This document shows positions 9,102-18,966 of a DNA stretch of 49,111 bases, in pieces. Origin of the DNA: a virus (lineage: Duplodnaviria > Heunggongvirae > Uroviricota > Caudoviricetes); the IMG/VR virus record IMGVR_UViG_2529292911_000007; one strand, written 5' to 3'. The notes beneath the pieces are model-generated. The model saw only the letters and a list, made by a program, of their open reading frames with translations. It made no database searches and was not told where the DNA came from. The translations under genes and the position numbers were made by a program. Every line of letters starts with the position of its first letter. The stretch's first letter is position 1.

Positions 9102-10031
9102 ATGGCAAACACTGCTGAGATATTCAATTTTCCAGTGCCGGATGTGGCACAAAAGGAGCCGCGCGTGGCAGATCTCGACGATGGTTATACGCGCATTGCA
9201 AATGAGTTGCTGGAAGCTGTGATGCTGGCCGGATTAACACAGCACCAGCTTCTGGTCTTCCTGGCTGTCATGCGCAAAACATATGGCTTTAATAAAAGAC
9301 TGGATTGGGTGAGCAACGAGCAACTTTCCGAATTGACCGGGATATTGCCGCACAAGTGTTCTGCTGCAAAAAGCGTTCTGGTAAAGCGTGGGATTCTTAT
9401 TCAGAGCGGGCGGAATATCGGCATTAATAATGTGGTCAGTGAATGGTCAACATTACCCGAATCAGGTAAGAAAAATAAAGTTTACCTGAAAGAGGTAAAT
9501 TTACCTGAATCAGGTAAGAAAAGTTTACCCAAATCAGGTAAAGGCGTTTACCCGAATCAGGTAAACACAAAAGACAAACTAACAAAAGACAATATAAAAC
9601 CTTTTTCGTCCGAGAATTATGGCGAATCCTCTGACCAGCCAGAAAATGCCCTTCCTGTGGTGAAACCGGATGCTGCAATTCAGAGCGGCAGCAAGTGGGG
9701 GACAGCAGAAGACCTGACCGCCGCAGAGTGGATGTTTGACATGGTGAAGACCATCGCGCCATCAGCCAGAAAACCGAATTTTGCAGGGTGGGCTAACGAT
9801 ATCCGCCTGATGCGTGAACGTGACGGACGTAACCACCGCGACATGTGTGTACTGTTCCGCTGGGCATGCCAGGACAACTTCTGGTCCGGTAACGTGCTGA
9901 GTCCGGCCAAACTCCGCGACAAGTGGACCCAGCTCGAAATCAACCGAAACAAGCAACAGGCTGGCGTGACAGCCGGCAAACCAAAACTCGACCTGACAAA
10001 CACAGACTGGATTTACGGGGTGGATCTATGA
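9102..10031 (+). CDS. O: Replication initiator O (lambda O family)
   Basis: ATG 9102 with GGGAGG RBS; N-terminal region resembles lambda O (VADLDDGY...RKTYG.NK); ori iterons lie inside the gene as in lambda. Confidence 0.8.
   Translation: MANTAEIFNFPVPDVAQKEPRVADLDDGYTRIANELLEAVMLAGLTQHQLLVFLAVMRKTYGFNKRLDWVSNEQLSELTGILPHKCSAAKSVLVKRGILIQSGRNIGINNVVSEWSTLPESGKKNKVYLKEVNLPESGKKSLPKSGKGVYPNQVNTKDKLTKDNIKPFSSENYGESSDQPENALPVVKPDAAIQSGSKWGTAEDLTAAEWMFDMVKTIAPSARKPNFAGWANDIRLMRERDGRNHRDMCVLFRWACQDNFWSGNVLSPAKLRDKWTQLEINRNKQQAGVTAGKPKLDLTNTDWIYGVDL
9453..9600. repeat. Origin of replication: five about 18-bp iterons (TTTACCYRAATCAGGTAA) plus A/T-rich tract
   Basis: Direct repeats at 9453, 9481, 9500, 9524 and 9547 followed by an A-rich segment (acaaaagacaaactaacaaaagacaatataaaac); lambda ori architecture. 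Confidence 0.75.
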
Positions 10032-10741
10032 AAAACATCGCCGCACAGATGATTAACTTTGACCGTGAGCAGATGCGCCGGATCGCCAACAACATGCCGG
10101 AACAGTACGACGAAAAGCCGCAGGTACAGCAGGTAGCGCAGATCATCAACGGTGTATTCAGCCAGTTGCTGGCAACTTTCCCTGCGAGCCTGGCTAACCG
10201 TGACCAGAACGAACTGAACGAAATTCGCCGCCAGTGGGTTCTGGCTTTCCGGGAAAACGGGATCACCACAATGGAACAGGTTAACGCTGGAATGCGCGTA
10301 GCCCGTCGGCAGAATCGACCATTCCTGCCGTCGCCCGGCCAGTTCGTAGCGTGGTGTAAGCAGAGTGGCGGGGCGTTAGGTATCACTGTTGACCAAGTCA
10401 TAACCGAATACTGGGATTGGCGTAATCGTTCCTTCGAATTCACTTCCAGCGAGCATTTCCCGTGGTCACAGCCTGTCATGTACCACATCTGCGTCGAACT
10501 GCGCCACCGCAGCACAGAGCGCCAGTTAACGCATGGTGAGCTGGCGCGTGAAGCCGGCGATCTGCTGGACATGTGGGAGAGGCGCGTCACCGAGGGCAAA
10601 CCAGTACCGCCTGTGCGCCGGGCGATTGCAGCACCGGCTGCCGAGCATGGCCCGACGCCAATCCAGCTGCTTCAGGCGAAGTACAACCGCAACAAGTCGA
10701 ACGGGATGGTGCGAAGTGGTAAAGAAGATAATAAAGAATAA
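10028..10741 (+). CDS. P: Replication protein P (DnaB helicase loader)
   Basis: MKNIAAQMINFDREQMRRIANNMPEQYDEKPQVQQVAQIINGVFSQLLATFPASLANRDQNE... matches lambda P N-terminal two-thirds from memory; ATGA overlap with the O stop. Confidence 0.85.
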   Translation: MKNIAAQMINFDREQMRRIANNMPEQYDEKPQVQQVAQIINGVFSQLLATFPASLANRDQNELNEIRRQWVLAFRENGITTMEQVNAGMRVARRQNRPFLPSPGQFVAWCKQSGGALGITVDQVITEYWDWRNRSFEFTSSEHFPWSQPVMYHICVELRHRSTERQLTHGELAREAGDLLDMWERRVTEGKPVPPVRRAIAAPAAEHGPTPIQLLQAKYNRNKSNGMVRSGKEDNKE

Positions 10742-10819
10742 TATTTAGGGTTATAGGTCTTAGCCCATTTTAAATGGAAGGCAGACATGCAGCCATGCAT
10801 ACTTCGCATGGCAACATAA

Positions 10820-11248
10820 TTATTTAGACAAACTATCTAATTTTTGCGTCGCTTTTTGTGTTAGGTCGCTGTAACTGATAAACCCTACGTTAGCACCTAC
10901 AATTAACACTAAGAACACTAAGCTGCATATGGATAGAGTGGCAGATTTATGCTTATGGAAAACAAAATATGCTACTATTGCACTTAATATGAAGGAAATG
11001 AATAGAAATATAGATGTTGATGTTTTTAGATATTTTTCAGGAAATAATGGGTGAGCAATAATGTATACAAGATTAAGTAGTATATAAATTGCTACCGGAA
11101 TGAAAATCATGCTCCAGTGTGTATCTTTTTTGGGAGGGATTGGCTGCAAATAATCAGACACCGTTTTTCCATCAGTTTCAAGAAGAATTACTAGATCTCT
11201 TACTTCACCACTGACTTGAGTGCCATCCTTAGTAGTAATGTTAATCAT
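10820..11248 (-). CDS. Small membrane protein with three predicted TM helices (unknown function), distal gene of an AT-rich two-gene module
   Basis: About 45-aa soluble N-terminus followed by three hydrophobic segments (IFIPVAIYILLNLVYIIAHPLF, IFLFISFILSAIVAYFVF, LSICSLVFLVLIVGANVGFI); ATG 11248 overlaps the upstream stop (ATGA); alternative start at 11305. Confidence 0.45.
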   Translation of the reverse strand: MINITTKDGTQVSGEVRDLVILLETDGKTVSDYLQPIPPKKDTHWSMIFIPVAIYILLNLVYIIAHPLFPEKYLKTSTSIFLFISFILSAIVAYFVFHKHKSATLSICSLVFLVLIVGANVGFISYSDLTQKATQKLDSLSK

Positions 11249-11622
11249 TTTTTCCCTCCAAATACGATGCCCTCTACGTCTTTGGAAGCTTTTTGTGATG
11301 ACCACTCCTCTGAATCAGGTGATTTAATTAAAAATATTGTATCTCCATCAAAAATCGTATTTGTTCCGTAAAAATTTACATTTGATAGATCACCACCAAA
11401 AACCCTCTGCCCACTCGAGGTAATTGCCTCACCTAATTTAGTAAAATTACCTGCAATAGATGATTTTCTTTTTCCACTTCTATTCAAAGTGGCTTTAATT
11501 ACACCACCACCATCCTTAGAGTTAAATAATTGAATGTCCACTCCAGCAGTTGGTTGTATATATTTTGAAAGCTCTTTCTTGAACTTGTTAATATATTTAT
11601 CTTTGTTTTCTTTGTTGGTCAT
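11245..11622 (-). CDS. Hypothetical soluble Lys/Gly-rich protein (unknown function), proximal gene of an AT-rich two-gene module
   Basis: 125-aa ORF, AT-rich, antisense to the flanking phage operons; no domain recognised. Confidence 0.45.
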   Translation of the reverse strand: MTNKENKDKYINKFKKELSKYIQPTAGVDIQLFNSKDGGGVIKATLNRSGKRKSSIAGNFTKLGEAITSSGQRVFGGDLSNVNFYGTNTIFDGDTIFLIKSPDSEEWSSQKASKDVEGIVFGGKK

Positions 11623-11794
11623 TGGTTAGATCCATAGTTCTGGCTGTGATTAGGTGAAAGTATACAAGGTTTTTAAAGCGAAGATCACTGTTTTGGCTTC
11701 AAGATAGTTTTGATTTATCGTAATCAATCCGCCATAATCCTCTCATCGGAGCCTGAACAACTCCGGTGACTTCTGCGCATTTAAGGGGACTTAA

Positions 11795-11890
11795 ATGCGA
11801 CCACAATCTGAACTCATCACCTTGTCACAGATGCAGAAATGCACCTGCGATTTTCTGCATTCTGCGGTTTCCGTTAGGGAGGCCGTATGA
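11795..11890 (+). CDS. Small ORF (31 aa) translationally coupled to ybcN; ylcH-like position
   Basis: ATG 11795 with AAGGGGA RBS; stop overlaps the ybcN ATG (gtATGA). Confidence 0.3.
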   Translation: MRPQSELITLSQMQKCTCDFLHSAVSVREAV

Positions 11891-12342
11891 CTCTGCCAGT
11901 AGACGGCATCAAACTCCATCGCGGTAACTTCGCGGCCATCGGCCAGCAGATTCAGCCATTGCTGGATGCCGGGCAATGCTTACGCCTGCAGGTTAAGCCG
12001 TGGCGCGAGAAGCGCAGCCTGTCGCAGAACGCGCTCAGCCACATGTGGTACACGGAGATCAGCGAATATCTCATCGCCCGCGGCAAGACCTTCGCTACGC
12101 CTGAGTGGGTCAAAGACGCGATGAAGCACACCTATCTCGGCTACGAAAGCAAAGACCGTGTAGATGTCGTGTCCGGCGAGGTCACCACCGTCCAATCCCT
12201 CCGCCATACGTCAGAGCTGGAAACCGGCGAGATGTACATCTTCCTGTGCAAAGTCGAAGCCTGGGCGATGAATATCGGCTGCCACCTGACAATTCCGCAG
12301 AGCTGTGAATACCAGCAGCTGCGCGATAAGCAGGAGGCGTAA
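11887..12342 (+). CDS. ybcN: YbcN-like nin-region protein (DLP12 YbcN family)
   Basis: 151 aa MTLPVDGIKLHRGNFAAIGQQ...; size and sequence match DLP12 YbcN as I recall it. Confidence 0.65.
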   Translation: MTLPVDGIKLHRGNFAAIGQQIQPLLDAGQCLRLQVKPWREKRSLSQNALSHMWYTEISEYLIARGKTFATPEWVKDAMKHTYLGYESKDRVDVVSGEVTTVQSLRHTSELETGEMYIFLCKVEAWAMNIGCHLTIPQSCEYQQLRDKQEA

Positions 12343-12513
12343 TGGCTACACCGCTTATTCGTGTCATGAACGGGCACATCTACAGAGTATCAAATCGTCG
12401 TAAGCGTAAGCCTGAGCTGAAGCCATCCGAAATACCAACACTGCTCGGATATACCGCTAGCCTGGTTGATAAAAAATGGTTGCGACTGGCAGCAAGGAGG
12501 AATCATGGCTGAT
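12343..12513 (+). CDS. ninE: NinE-like protein
   Basis: 56-aa ORF ([56 protein letters not shown]) after an AGGAGG RBS; basic, ends like lambda NinE (W.RLA.R). Below the ORF-track length cutoff. Confidence 0.55.
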
Positions 12514-12795
12514 TTGAGAAAAGCAGCGCGTGGTCGGGAATGCCAGGTAAGAATCCCTGGCGTATGTAATGGCAATCCTGAAACGTCAGTACTGGCACAT
12601 ATCCGGCTGGCTGGATTGTGCGGTACCGGTATCAAACCGCCAGACCTGATTGCCACCATTGCATGTTCTGCCTGTCACGACGAAATCGACCGCCGCACAT
12701 ATTTTGTCGATGCTGAGTATGCAAAAGAATGCGCGCTGGAAGGTATGGCGAGAACGCAGGTTATCTGGCTGAAAGAGGGGGTTATTAAGGCGTGA
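12505..12795 (+). CDS. ybcO: YbcO-like protein (DUF1364-like, Cys-rich)
   Basis: 96 aa from ATG 12505 (AGGAGG RBS); cysteine motifs [11 protein letters not shown]...CSACHDE. Confidence 0.6.
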   Translation: MADLRKAARGRECQVRIPGVCNGNPETSVLAHIRLAGLCGTGIKPPDLIATIACSACHDEIDRRTYFVDAEYAKECALEGMARTQVIWLKEGVIKA

Positions 12796-13154
12796 ATACC
12801 TACAGCATCACATTACCCTGGCCTCCGAGCAATAACCGCTATTACCGCCATAATCGCGGGCGCACACACATCAGCGCAGAAGGGCAGGCATACCGCGATA
12901 ACGTCACCCGAATCATTAAAAACGCAATGCTGGATATCGGCCTGGCTATGCCAGTGAAAATCCGTATTGAGTGCCACATGCCGGATCGCCGTCGCCGTGA
13001 CCTGGATAATCTGCAAAAAGCCGCTTTTGACGCACTCACCAAAGCAGGTTTCTGGCTGGATGATGCTCAGGTCGTTGATTACCGCGTTGTGAAGATGCCT
13101 GTTACCAAAGGTGGGAGGCTGGAACTGACCATCACCGAAATGGGGAATGAATGA
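12792..13154 (+). CDS. rusA: RusA Holliday-junction resolvase
   Basis: 120 aa; matches the RusA family ([16 protein letters not shown]...[17 protein letters not shown]). Confidence 0.85.
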   Translation: MNTYSITLPWPPSNNRYYRHNRGRTHISAEGQAYRDNVTRIIKNAMLDIGLAMPVKIRIECHMPDRRRRDLDNLQKAAFDALTKAGFWLDDAQVVDYRVVKMPVTKGGRLELTITEMGNE

Positions 13155-13291
13155 TGTTTGAGTTTTATATGGCAGAACTTCTTCGCCACCGCTGGGGGCA
13201 TCTGCGCTTATATCGTTTCCCCGGTTCTGTTTTGACCGATTACCGAATACTGAAGAATTACGCCAAAACCCTGACAGGAGCAGGAGTATGA
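13151..13291 (+). CDS. ylcG: Small protein, YlcG-like
   Basis: 46-aa ORF overlapping the rusA stop; DLP12-like gene order. Confidence 0.35.
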   Translation: MMFEFYMAELLRHRWGHLRLYRFPGSVLTDYRILKNYAKTLTGAGV

Positions 13292-13376
13292 AGTCAGAGA
13301 TAACAATCAACTAATACTGTTTTGTTGATTTTTGCTTGTAATTGGCGTTCTGGTCTGATTTTTGTGGAGTAAGTTG

Positions 13377-13760
13377 ATGCGTGATATTCAGATGGTTCTT
13401 GAGCGTTGGGGAGCGTGGGCGGCTAATAATCATGAAGATGTGACCTGGTCGTCCATTGCCGCCGGTTTTAAGGGATTAATTACTTCAAAAGTAAAATCTC
13501 GCCCGCAATGTTGTGACGATGACGCGATGATTATTTGCGGGTGCATGGCCCGTCTGAAAAAGAACAACAGCGATTTGCACGATTTATTAGTAGATTATTA
13601 TGTAGTCGGTATGACATTCATGTCACTGGCAGGTAAGCATTGCTGCTCTGATGGTTATATCGGGAAAAGGTTACAGAAGGCTGAGGGCATAATTGAAGGG
13701 ATGTTAATGGCATTAGATATCCGGTTAGAGATGGATATCGTTGTTAATAACTCTAATTAA
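13377..13760 (+). CDS. Late-gene antiterminator Q (DLP12 QuuD-like)
   Basis: 127 aa from ATG 13377 (GGAG RBS); sits between the nin genes and the lysis cassette; Cys-rich putative zinc-binding region. Confidence 0.6.
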   Translation: MRDIQMVLERWGAWAANNHEDVTWSSIAAGFKGLITSKVKSRPQCCDDDAMIICGCMARLKKNNSDLHDLLVDYYVVGMTFMSLAGKHCCSDGYIGKRLQKAEGIIEGMLMALDIRLEMDIVVNNSN

Positions 13761-13948
13761 TATGCCAATTGTTTACTAAAAATTATTAAAAATGGGGCGT
13801 TGCAACGCCCCCAAAAATAAAGGGTAATATATAACAGAAGGTTTATATAGTTAGAAGCAAGGTTGTGCTCCTAAAGGAAGTGGCTTGAGGGAGCCACTTA
13901 TATGTTGGGGAGGCAAAGCCTCCCGCAACATATCTTTTAGTAATCAAA

Positions 13949-15031
13949 TTAGAACTGGTAAACCATACCTACAGCAACGATATCATCGGTAGCAACGCCA
14001 GATGCTTTCGTGAAATCGCTCTTATCAATCAGGTTGATTTTGTAATCAACAAAAGTGGACATATTTTTGTTGAAGTAATAGGTTGCACCTACATCAATAT
14101 ATTCAACCAGGTCCTGATCACCCCACGCACCCAAGTCTTTTCCTTTAGATTGCAGGTAAGCAACGGACGGACGCAGACCGAAGTCGAACTGATATTGTGC
14201 AACTACTTCGAAGTTTTGTGCTTTGTTGGCAATATGGTTATTACCAAAAACAGTCATGTTCTGGGTTTCAGAATAGGTGGTAGCCAGATAGATGTTGTTC
14301 GCATCATATTTCAGACCAGCTGCCCATACTTCAGCATTTTGACCAGATGCATTCAGGCTGTTGTTACCGTAGATAACCTGATTATTAGTGCGGTCAGATT
14401 TAGCATAGGTTGCACCTACACCGAATCCTTCATACTCATAAGTAGTGGAGAAACCGAAACCATCACCATTAGCTTCAGTTACGTCAGTGCGGTCATTTTT
14501 ACCCTGATACTGAGCAGCAAAGTTCAGACCATCAACCAGACCAAAGAAGTCGTTGTTACGATAAGTTGCAACACCAGTGGTGCGACCAGTCATGAACACA
14601 TCTGTTTGGGTCCAGGTATCGCCACCGAATTCTGGCAGAACGTCAGTCCACGCACCGATGTCATATGCTACACCGTAGTTACGGCCGTAATCGATTGAGC
14701 CGTAGTCCCCGAATTTCAGGCCTGCAAATGCAAGACGGGTTTTGTCTTTGGAGGAGCCTTGAGATTCAGCGCGGTTGCCTTTGAATTCATATTCCCACTG
14801 ACCGAAACCAGTCAGTTGATCGTTGATTTGGGTTTCACCTTTGAAGCCAAGACGGGCATAAGTAGTATCACCATCATCTGCATCATTAGAGGAGAAGTAG
14901 TGCTTGGCATTAACTTTCCCATATAGATCCAGCTTGTTACTGTCTTTATTATAAATTTCAGCTGCCTGAGCAGACATCGCCATCAGTACTGATGCAGCTA
15001 CAGCAGAAATTGCCACTGTTAATTTTTTCAT
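13949..15031 (-). CDS. nmpC: Outer-membrane general porin (NmpC/OmpD-like)
   Basis: 360 aa with signal peptide ([23 protein letters not shown]) and C-terminal beta-barrel signature ending in F; OmpC/OmpF-family motifs; sits between Q and the holin as in DLP12. Confidence 0.85.
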   Translation of the reverse strand: MKKLTVAISAVAASVLMAMSAQAAEIYNKDSNKLDLYGKVNAKHYFSSNDADDGDTTYARLGFKGETQINDQLTGFGQWEYEFKGNRAESQGSSKDKTRLAFAGLKFGDYGSIDYGRNYGVAYDIGAWTDVLPEFGGDTWTQTDVFMTGRTTGVATYRNNDFFGLVDGLNFAAQYQGKNDRTDVTEANGDGFGFSTTYEYEGFGVGATYAKSDRTNNQVIYGNNSLNASGQNAEVWAAGLKYDANNIYLATTYSETQNMTVFGNNHIANKAQNFEVVAQYQFDFGLRPSVAYLQSKGKDLGAWGDQDLVEYIDVGATYYFNKNMSTFVDYKINLIDKSDFTKASGVATDDIVAVGMVYQF

Positions 15032-15458
15032 CGTGAGCCCTTTTTTTTGAACTATTATTAAAAAATGATGTCACTGCGCGATAAATATTCATCTAATCAA
15101 TGTGATTATTTCAAGATGTAAGTTTTGGTTTCTCGTTTGATTTGTGAAGTAGATCTCTATTTTTATCTGAACTTTTTTCTATCGAATCCTATTCATGGCT
15201 CTTGGCTGAATAAAAATAAATCTATTAGCCAATTTATATTAACGGCTGTTATTTATAAGTGCTCTGTAATTTGAAGGTTCAATTTAAATCGGCTAAAAAT
15301 AACGCTGGAAATTATTTGCTGGTTATTTGTTGAGATTTGCTTATGTATTTGTAGTGGTGTTTTCAATACTCGGTAGCATTCTCGCAAATATCATTTTGTG
15401 GTTTACGTACGTAAAAAATTGGTTATGCTGTTAAGAGTGGTTACTTCGTCACACAGCT

Positions 15459-15492
15459 TAAACCCGCCGTCGAGCGGGTTTTTCCATTTTTT
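15459..15492 (+). terminator. Rho-independent terminator upstream of the holin (candidate tR')
   Basis: Stem AACCCGC-cgtcga-GCGGGTT followed by TTTCCATTTTTT. Confidence 0.45.
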
Positions 15493-15604
15493 GAGTCTCG
15501 ATATTAGCTGATAACCCAATACCTGAGTTATTCACTGACTCCGAGTCTGTTACGTTTCGTAGTATTCCCTCAATTTACACCCGCTTTGTCTGCGAGGTGG
15601 GGTT

Positions 15605-15820
15605 ATGAAATCCATGGATAAGTTAACAACGGGTGTCGCCTATGGCACCTCAGCAGGTAGTGCCGGTTACTGGTTTTTACAGCTGCTCGATAAAGTCACG
15701 CCCTCACAGTGGGCAGCAATAGGTGTGCTGGGTAGCCTGGTATTTGGCCTGCTGACGTACCTGACAAACCTTTATTTCAAGATTAAAGAAGATAAGCGCA
15801 AGGCTGCGAGAGGTGAATAA
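15605..15820 (+). CDS. essD: Holin (class II, DLP12 EssD-like) with dual-start motif MKSM
   Basis: 71 aa with two hydrophobic segments and a charged C-terminus; ATG overlaps the lysozyme start (TAATG). Confidence 0.8.
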
Positions 15821-16164
15821 TGCCTCCATCATTACGAAAAGCCGTTGCTGCTGCTATTGGTGGCGGAGCAATTGCTATAGCATCAGTGTTAATCACTGGC
15901 CCAAGTGGTAACGATGGTCTGGAAGGTGTCAGCTACATACCATACAAAGATATTGTTGGTGTATGGACTGTATGTCACGGGCATACAGGAAAAGACATCA
16001 TGCTCGGTAAAACGTATACCAAAGCAGAATGCAAAGCACTCTTGAATAAAGACCTTGCCACTGTCGCCAGACAAATTAACCCGTACATCGAAGTCGATAT
16101 ACCGGAAACAACGCGCGGCGCTCTTTACTCATTCGTTTACAACGTGGGTGCTGGCAATTTAGAC
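15820..16164 (+). pseudogene. rrrD: Phage lysozyme (RrrD-like), 5' fragment interrupted by IS2
   Basis: [27 protein letters not shown]... lysozyme N-terminus; the reading frame runs into the IS2 left end at 16160. Confidence 0.8.
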
Positions 16165-16250
16165 TGGCCCCCTGAATCTCCAGACAACCAATATCACTTA
16201 TTTAAGTGATAGTCTTAATACTAGTTTTTAGACTAGTCATTGGAGAGCAG

Positions 16251-16616
16251 ATGATTGATGTCTTAGGACCGGAGAAACGCAGACGGCGTACTACACAGGA
16301 AAAGATCGCTATTGTTCAGCAGAGTTTTGAACCGGGAATGACAGTCTCCCTTGTTGCCCGGCAACACGGTGTGGCAGCCAGCCAGTTATTTCTCTGGCGC
16401 AAGCAATACCAGGAGGGAAGTCTTACTGCTGTGGCCGCAGGAGAACAGGTCGTTCCTGCCTCTGAACTTGCTGCCGCCATGAAGCAGATTAAAGAACTCC
16501 AGCGCCTGCTCGGCAAAAAAACGATGGAAAATGAACTCCTTAAAGAAGCCGTTGAATATGGGCGTGCAAAAAAGTGGATAGCGCACGCGCCCTTATTGCC
16601 CGGGGATGGGGAGTAA
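16251..16616 (+). CDS. insC: IS2 transposase OrfA (InsC)
   Basis: [56 protein letters not shown]... matches IS2 InsC from memory. Confidence 0.9.
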
Positions 16617-16814
16617 GCTTAGTCAGCCGTTGTCTCCGGGTGTCGCGTGCGCAGTTGCACGTCATTCTCAGACGAACCGATGACTGGAAAGATGGTCGCC
16701 GCAGCCGTCACTCAGATGATACGGATGTGCTTCTCCGTATACACCATGTTATCGGAGAGCTGAACCGCCCCGGAAATCCTGGAGACTAAACTCCCTGAGA
16801 AAGAGGTAAACAGG

Positions 16815-17141
16815 ATGACTAAAAATACTCGTTTTTCCCCCGAAGTCCGTCAGCGGGCGATTCGTATGGTTCTGGAAAGTCAGGATGAATATGACTCACA
16901 GTGGGCGGCAATTTGTTCCATTGCCCCAAAGATTGGCTGTACGCCGGAGACTCTGCGTGTCTGGGTTCGCCAGCATGAGCGGGATACCGGGGGCGGTGAT
17001 GGTGGGCTCACCAGCGCTGAACGTCAGCGTCTGAAAGAGCTGGAACGTGAAAATCGTGAACTGCGCCGCAGTAACGATATCCTTCGCCAGGCTTCCGCTT
17101 ATTTTGCGAAGGCGGAGTTCGACCGCCTCTGGAAAAAATGA
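16815..17141 (+). CDS. IS3-family transposase OrfA (HTH)
   Basis: 108 aa [22 protein letters not shown]... with a leucine-zipper-like C-terminus. Confidence 0.85.
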   Translation: MTKNTRFSPEVRQRAIRMVLESQDEYDSQWAAICSIAPKIGCTPETLRVWVRQHERDTGGGDGGLTSAERQRLKELERENRELRRSNDILRQASAYFAKAEFDRLWKK

Positions 17142-18028
17142 TGCCACTGCTGGATAAGCTGCGTGAGCAGTACGGGGTCGGACCGGTATGCAGCGAACTG
17201 CATATTGCCCCGTCAACGTATTACCATTGTCAGCAACAGCGACATCATCCGGATAAACGCAGTGCCCGTGCGCAGCACGATGACTGGCTGAAGAGAGAGA
17301 TACAGCGCGTATACGATGAAAATCATCAGGTGTACGGTGTGCGTAAAGTCTGGCGTCAGTTGTTACGGGAAGGAATCAGGGTGGCCAGATGTACAGTGGC
17401 GCGCCTCATGGCGGTTATGGGACTTGCCGGTGTTCTCCGGGGTAAAAAGGTCCGTACGACCATCAGCCGGAAAGCCGTTGCCGCAGGCGACCGCGTAAAC
17501 CGTCAGTTCGTGGCAGAACGACCTGACCAGCTGTGGGTGGCTGATTTTACTTACGTCAGCACATGGCGGGGCTTCGTCTATGTGGCGTTCATCATTGATG
17601 TGTTTGCCGGATACATCGTGGGGTGGCGGGTCTCATCGTCTATGGAAACGACATTCGTGCTGGATGCGCTGGAGCAGGCGTTGTGGGCCCGTCGTCCGTC
17701 TGGCACCATCCATCACAGCGATAAAGGCTCTCAGTATGTGTCACTGGCCTATACGGAGCGACTAAAAGAAGCCGGATTACTGGCATCAACAGGGAGTACA
17801 GGCGACTCGTATGACAACGCGATGGCTGAGAGCATCAATGGTCTTTACAAAGCGGAGGTAATACACCGTAAGAGCTGGAAAAACCGTGCAGAAGTGGAAC
17901 TGGCCACACTAACGTGGGTGGACTGGTATAACAATCGACGATTGCTGGGAAGGCTGGGCCATACTCCTCCGGCAGAAGCAGAAAAAGCTTATTATGCTTC
18001 CATCGGAAACAATGATCTGGCAGCTTGA
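17138..18028 (+). CDS. IS3-family transposase OrfB (DDE integrase core)
   Basis: 296 aa with a DDE-type catalytic region (WVADFTYV...HHSDKGSQY...DNAMAES); overlaps orfA in the -1 frame. Confidence 0.85.
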   Translation: MMPLLDKLREQYGVGPVCSELHIAPSTYYHCQQQRHHPDKRSARAQHDDWLKREIQRVYDENHQVYGVRKVWRQLLREGIRVARCTVARLMAVMGLAGVLRGKKVRTTISRKAVAAGDRVNRQFVAERPDQLWVADFTYVSTWRGFVYVAFIIDVFAGYIVGWRVSSSMETTFVLDALEQALWARRPSGTIHHSDKGSQYVSLAYTERLKEAGLLASTGSTGDSYDNAMAESINGLYKAEVIHRKSWKNRAEVELATLTWVDWYNNRRLLGRLGHTPPAEAEKAYYASIGNNDLAA

Positions 18029-18803
18029 GTTCACAGATAAAACACTCTCCAGGAAACCCGGGGCGGTTCAAGCTGCCCACATATGGTTATCGTCGGGTAT
18101 GGGCGCTGCTTCGCAGACAGGCCGAACTTGATGGTATGCCTGCGATCAATGCCAAACGTATTTACCGGATCATGCGCCAGAATGCGCTGTTGCTTGAGCG
18201 AAAACCCGCTGTACCGCCATCGAAACGGGCACATACCGGCAGAGTGGCTGTGAAAGAAAGTAATCAGCGATGGTGCTCTGACGGGTTCGAGTTCCGCTGT
18301 GATAACGGAGAAAAACTGCGAGTCACGTTCGCGCTGGACTGCTGTGACCGTGAGGCACTGCACTGGGCGGTCACTACGGGCGGCTTCAACAGTGAAACAG
18401 TACAGGACGTCATGCTGGGAGCGGTGGAACGCCGTTTCGGCAACGAGCTTCCGGCGTCTCCAGTAGAGTGGCTGACGGATAATGGTTCATGCTACCGGGC
18501 TAATGAAACACGGCAGTTTGCCCGGATGTTGGGGCTTGAACCGAAGAACACGGCGGTGCGGAGTCCGGAGAGTAACGGCATAGCAGAGAGCTTCGTGAAA
18601 ACGATAAAGCGTGACTACATCAGTGTCATGCCCAAACCAGACGGGTTAACGGCAGCAAAGAACCTTGCAGAGGCATTCGAGCATTATAACGAATGGCATC
18701 CGCATAGTGCACTGGGTTATCGCTCGCCACGGGAATATCTACGGCAGCAAGCCAGTAATGGGTTAAGTGATAACAGGTGTCTGGAAATATAGGGGCAAAT
18801 CCA

Positions 18804-18966
18804 CAATTTCAGAACATCGACGCTTCTTCGCAAAATAAACCAGGGCGATATCAAAGGCGCATGTGATCAGCTACGTCGCTGGACATATGCTGGCGGTAAG
18901 CAATGGAAAGGTCTCATGACTCGTCGTGAGATTGAGCGTGAAATCTGTTTGTGGGGTCAGCAATGA
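18804..18966 (+). pseudogene. rrrD: Phage lysozyme (RrrD-like), 3' fragment downstream of IS2
   Basis: In-frame continuation ...[51 protein letters not shown] immediately after the IS2 right end and target duplication. Confidence 0.8.

Larger units (their letters stand above)
16761..18070 (+). mobile_element. IS3-family insertion sequence (IS629/IS1203-like, 1310 bp) nested within IS2 insD, 3-bp target duplication AGC
   Basis: Terminal inverted repeats TGAACCGCCCCGG... and ...CCGGGGCGGTTCA; AGC flanks both ends; orfA/orfB pair with 4-nt overlap typical of the IS3 family. Confidence 0.8.
16574..18792 (+). pseudogene. insD: IS2 transposase OrfB (InsD) split by the IS629-like insertion (fragments 16574-16760 and 18071-18792)
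   Basis: N-terminal fragment [23 protein letters not shown]...HHVIGEL and C-terminal fragment [28 protein letters not shown]... match IS2 InsD on either side of the nested IS. Confidence 0.85.
16160..18803 (+). mobile_element. IS2 insertion (itself interrupted by a nested IS629-like element), 5-bp target duplication CAATT
   Basis: Left end TAGACTGGCCCCCTGAATCTCCAGACAACC at 16160 and right end ...GGAAATATAGGGGCAAATCCA at 18803 match IS2 termini from memory; CAATT flanks both sides. Confidence 0.85.

Noticed and set aside
12141-12659. Minus-strand ORFs (65-89 aa) across ybcN/ninE/ybcO
   Set aside because: Overlap well-supported plus-strand nin genes in a tightly packed operon; considered spurious.
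14150-14698. 182-aa plus-strand ORF within the porin gene
   Set aside because: Antisense to a well-supported porin CDS; no independent evidence.
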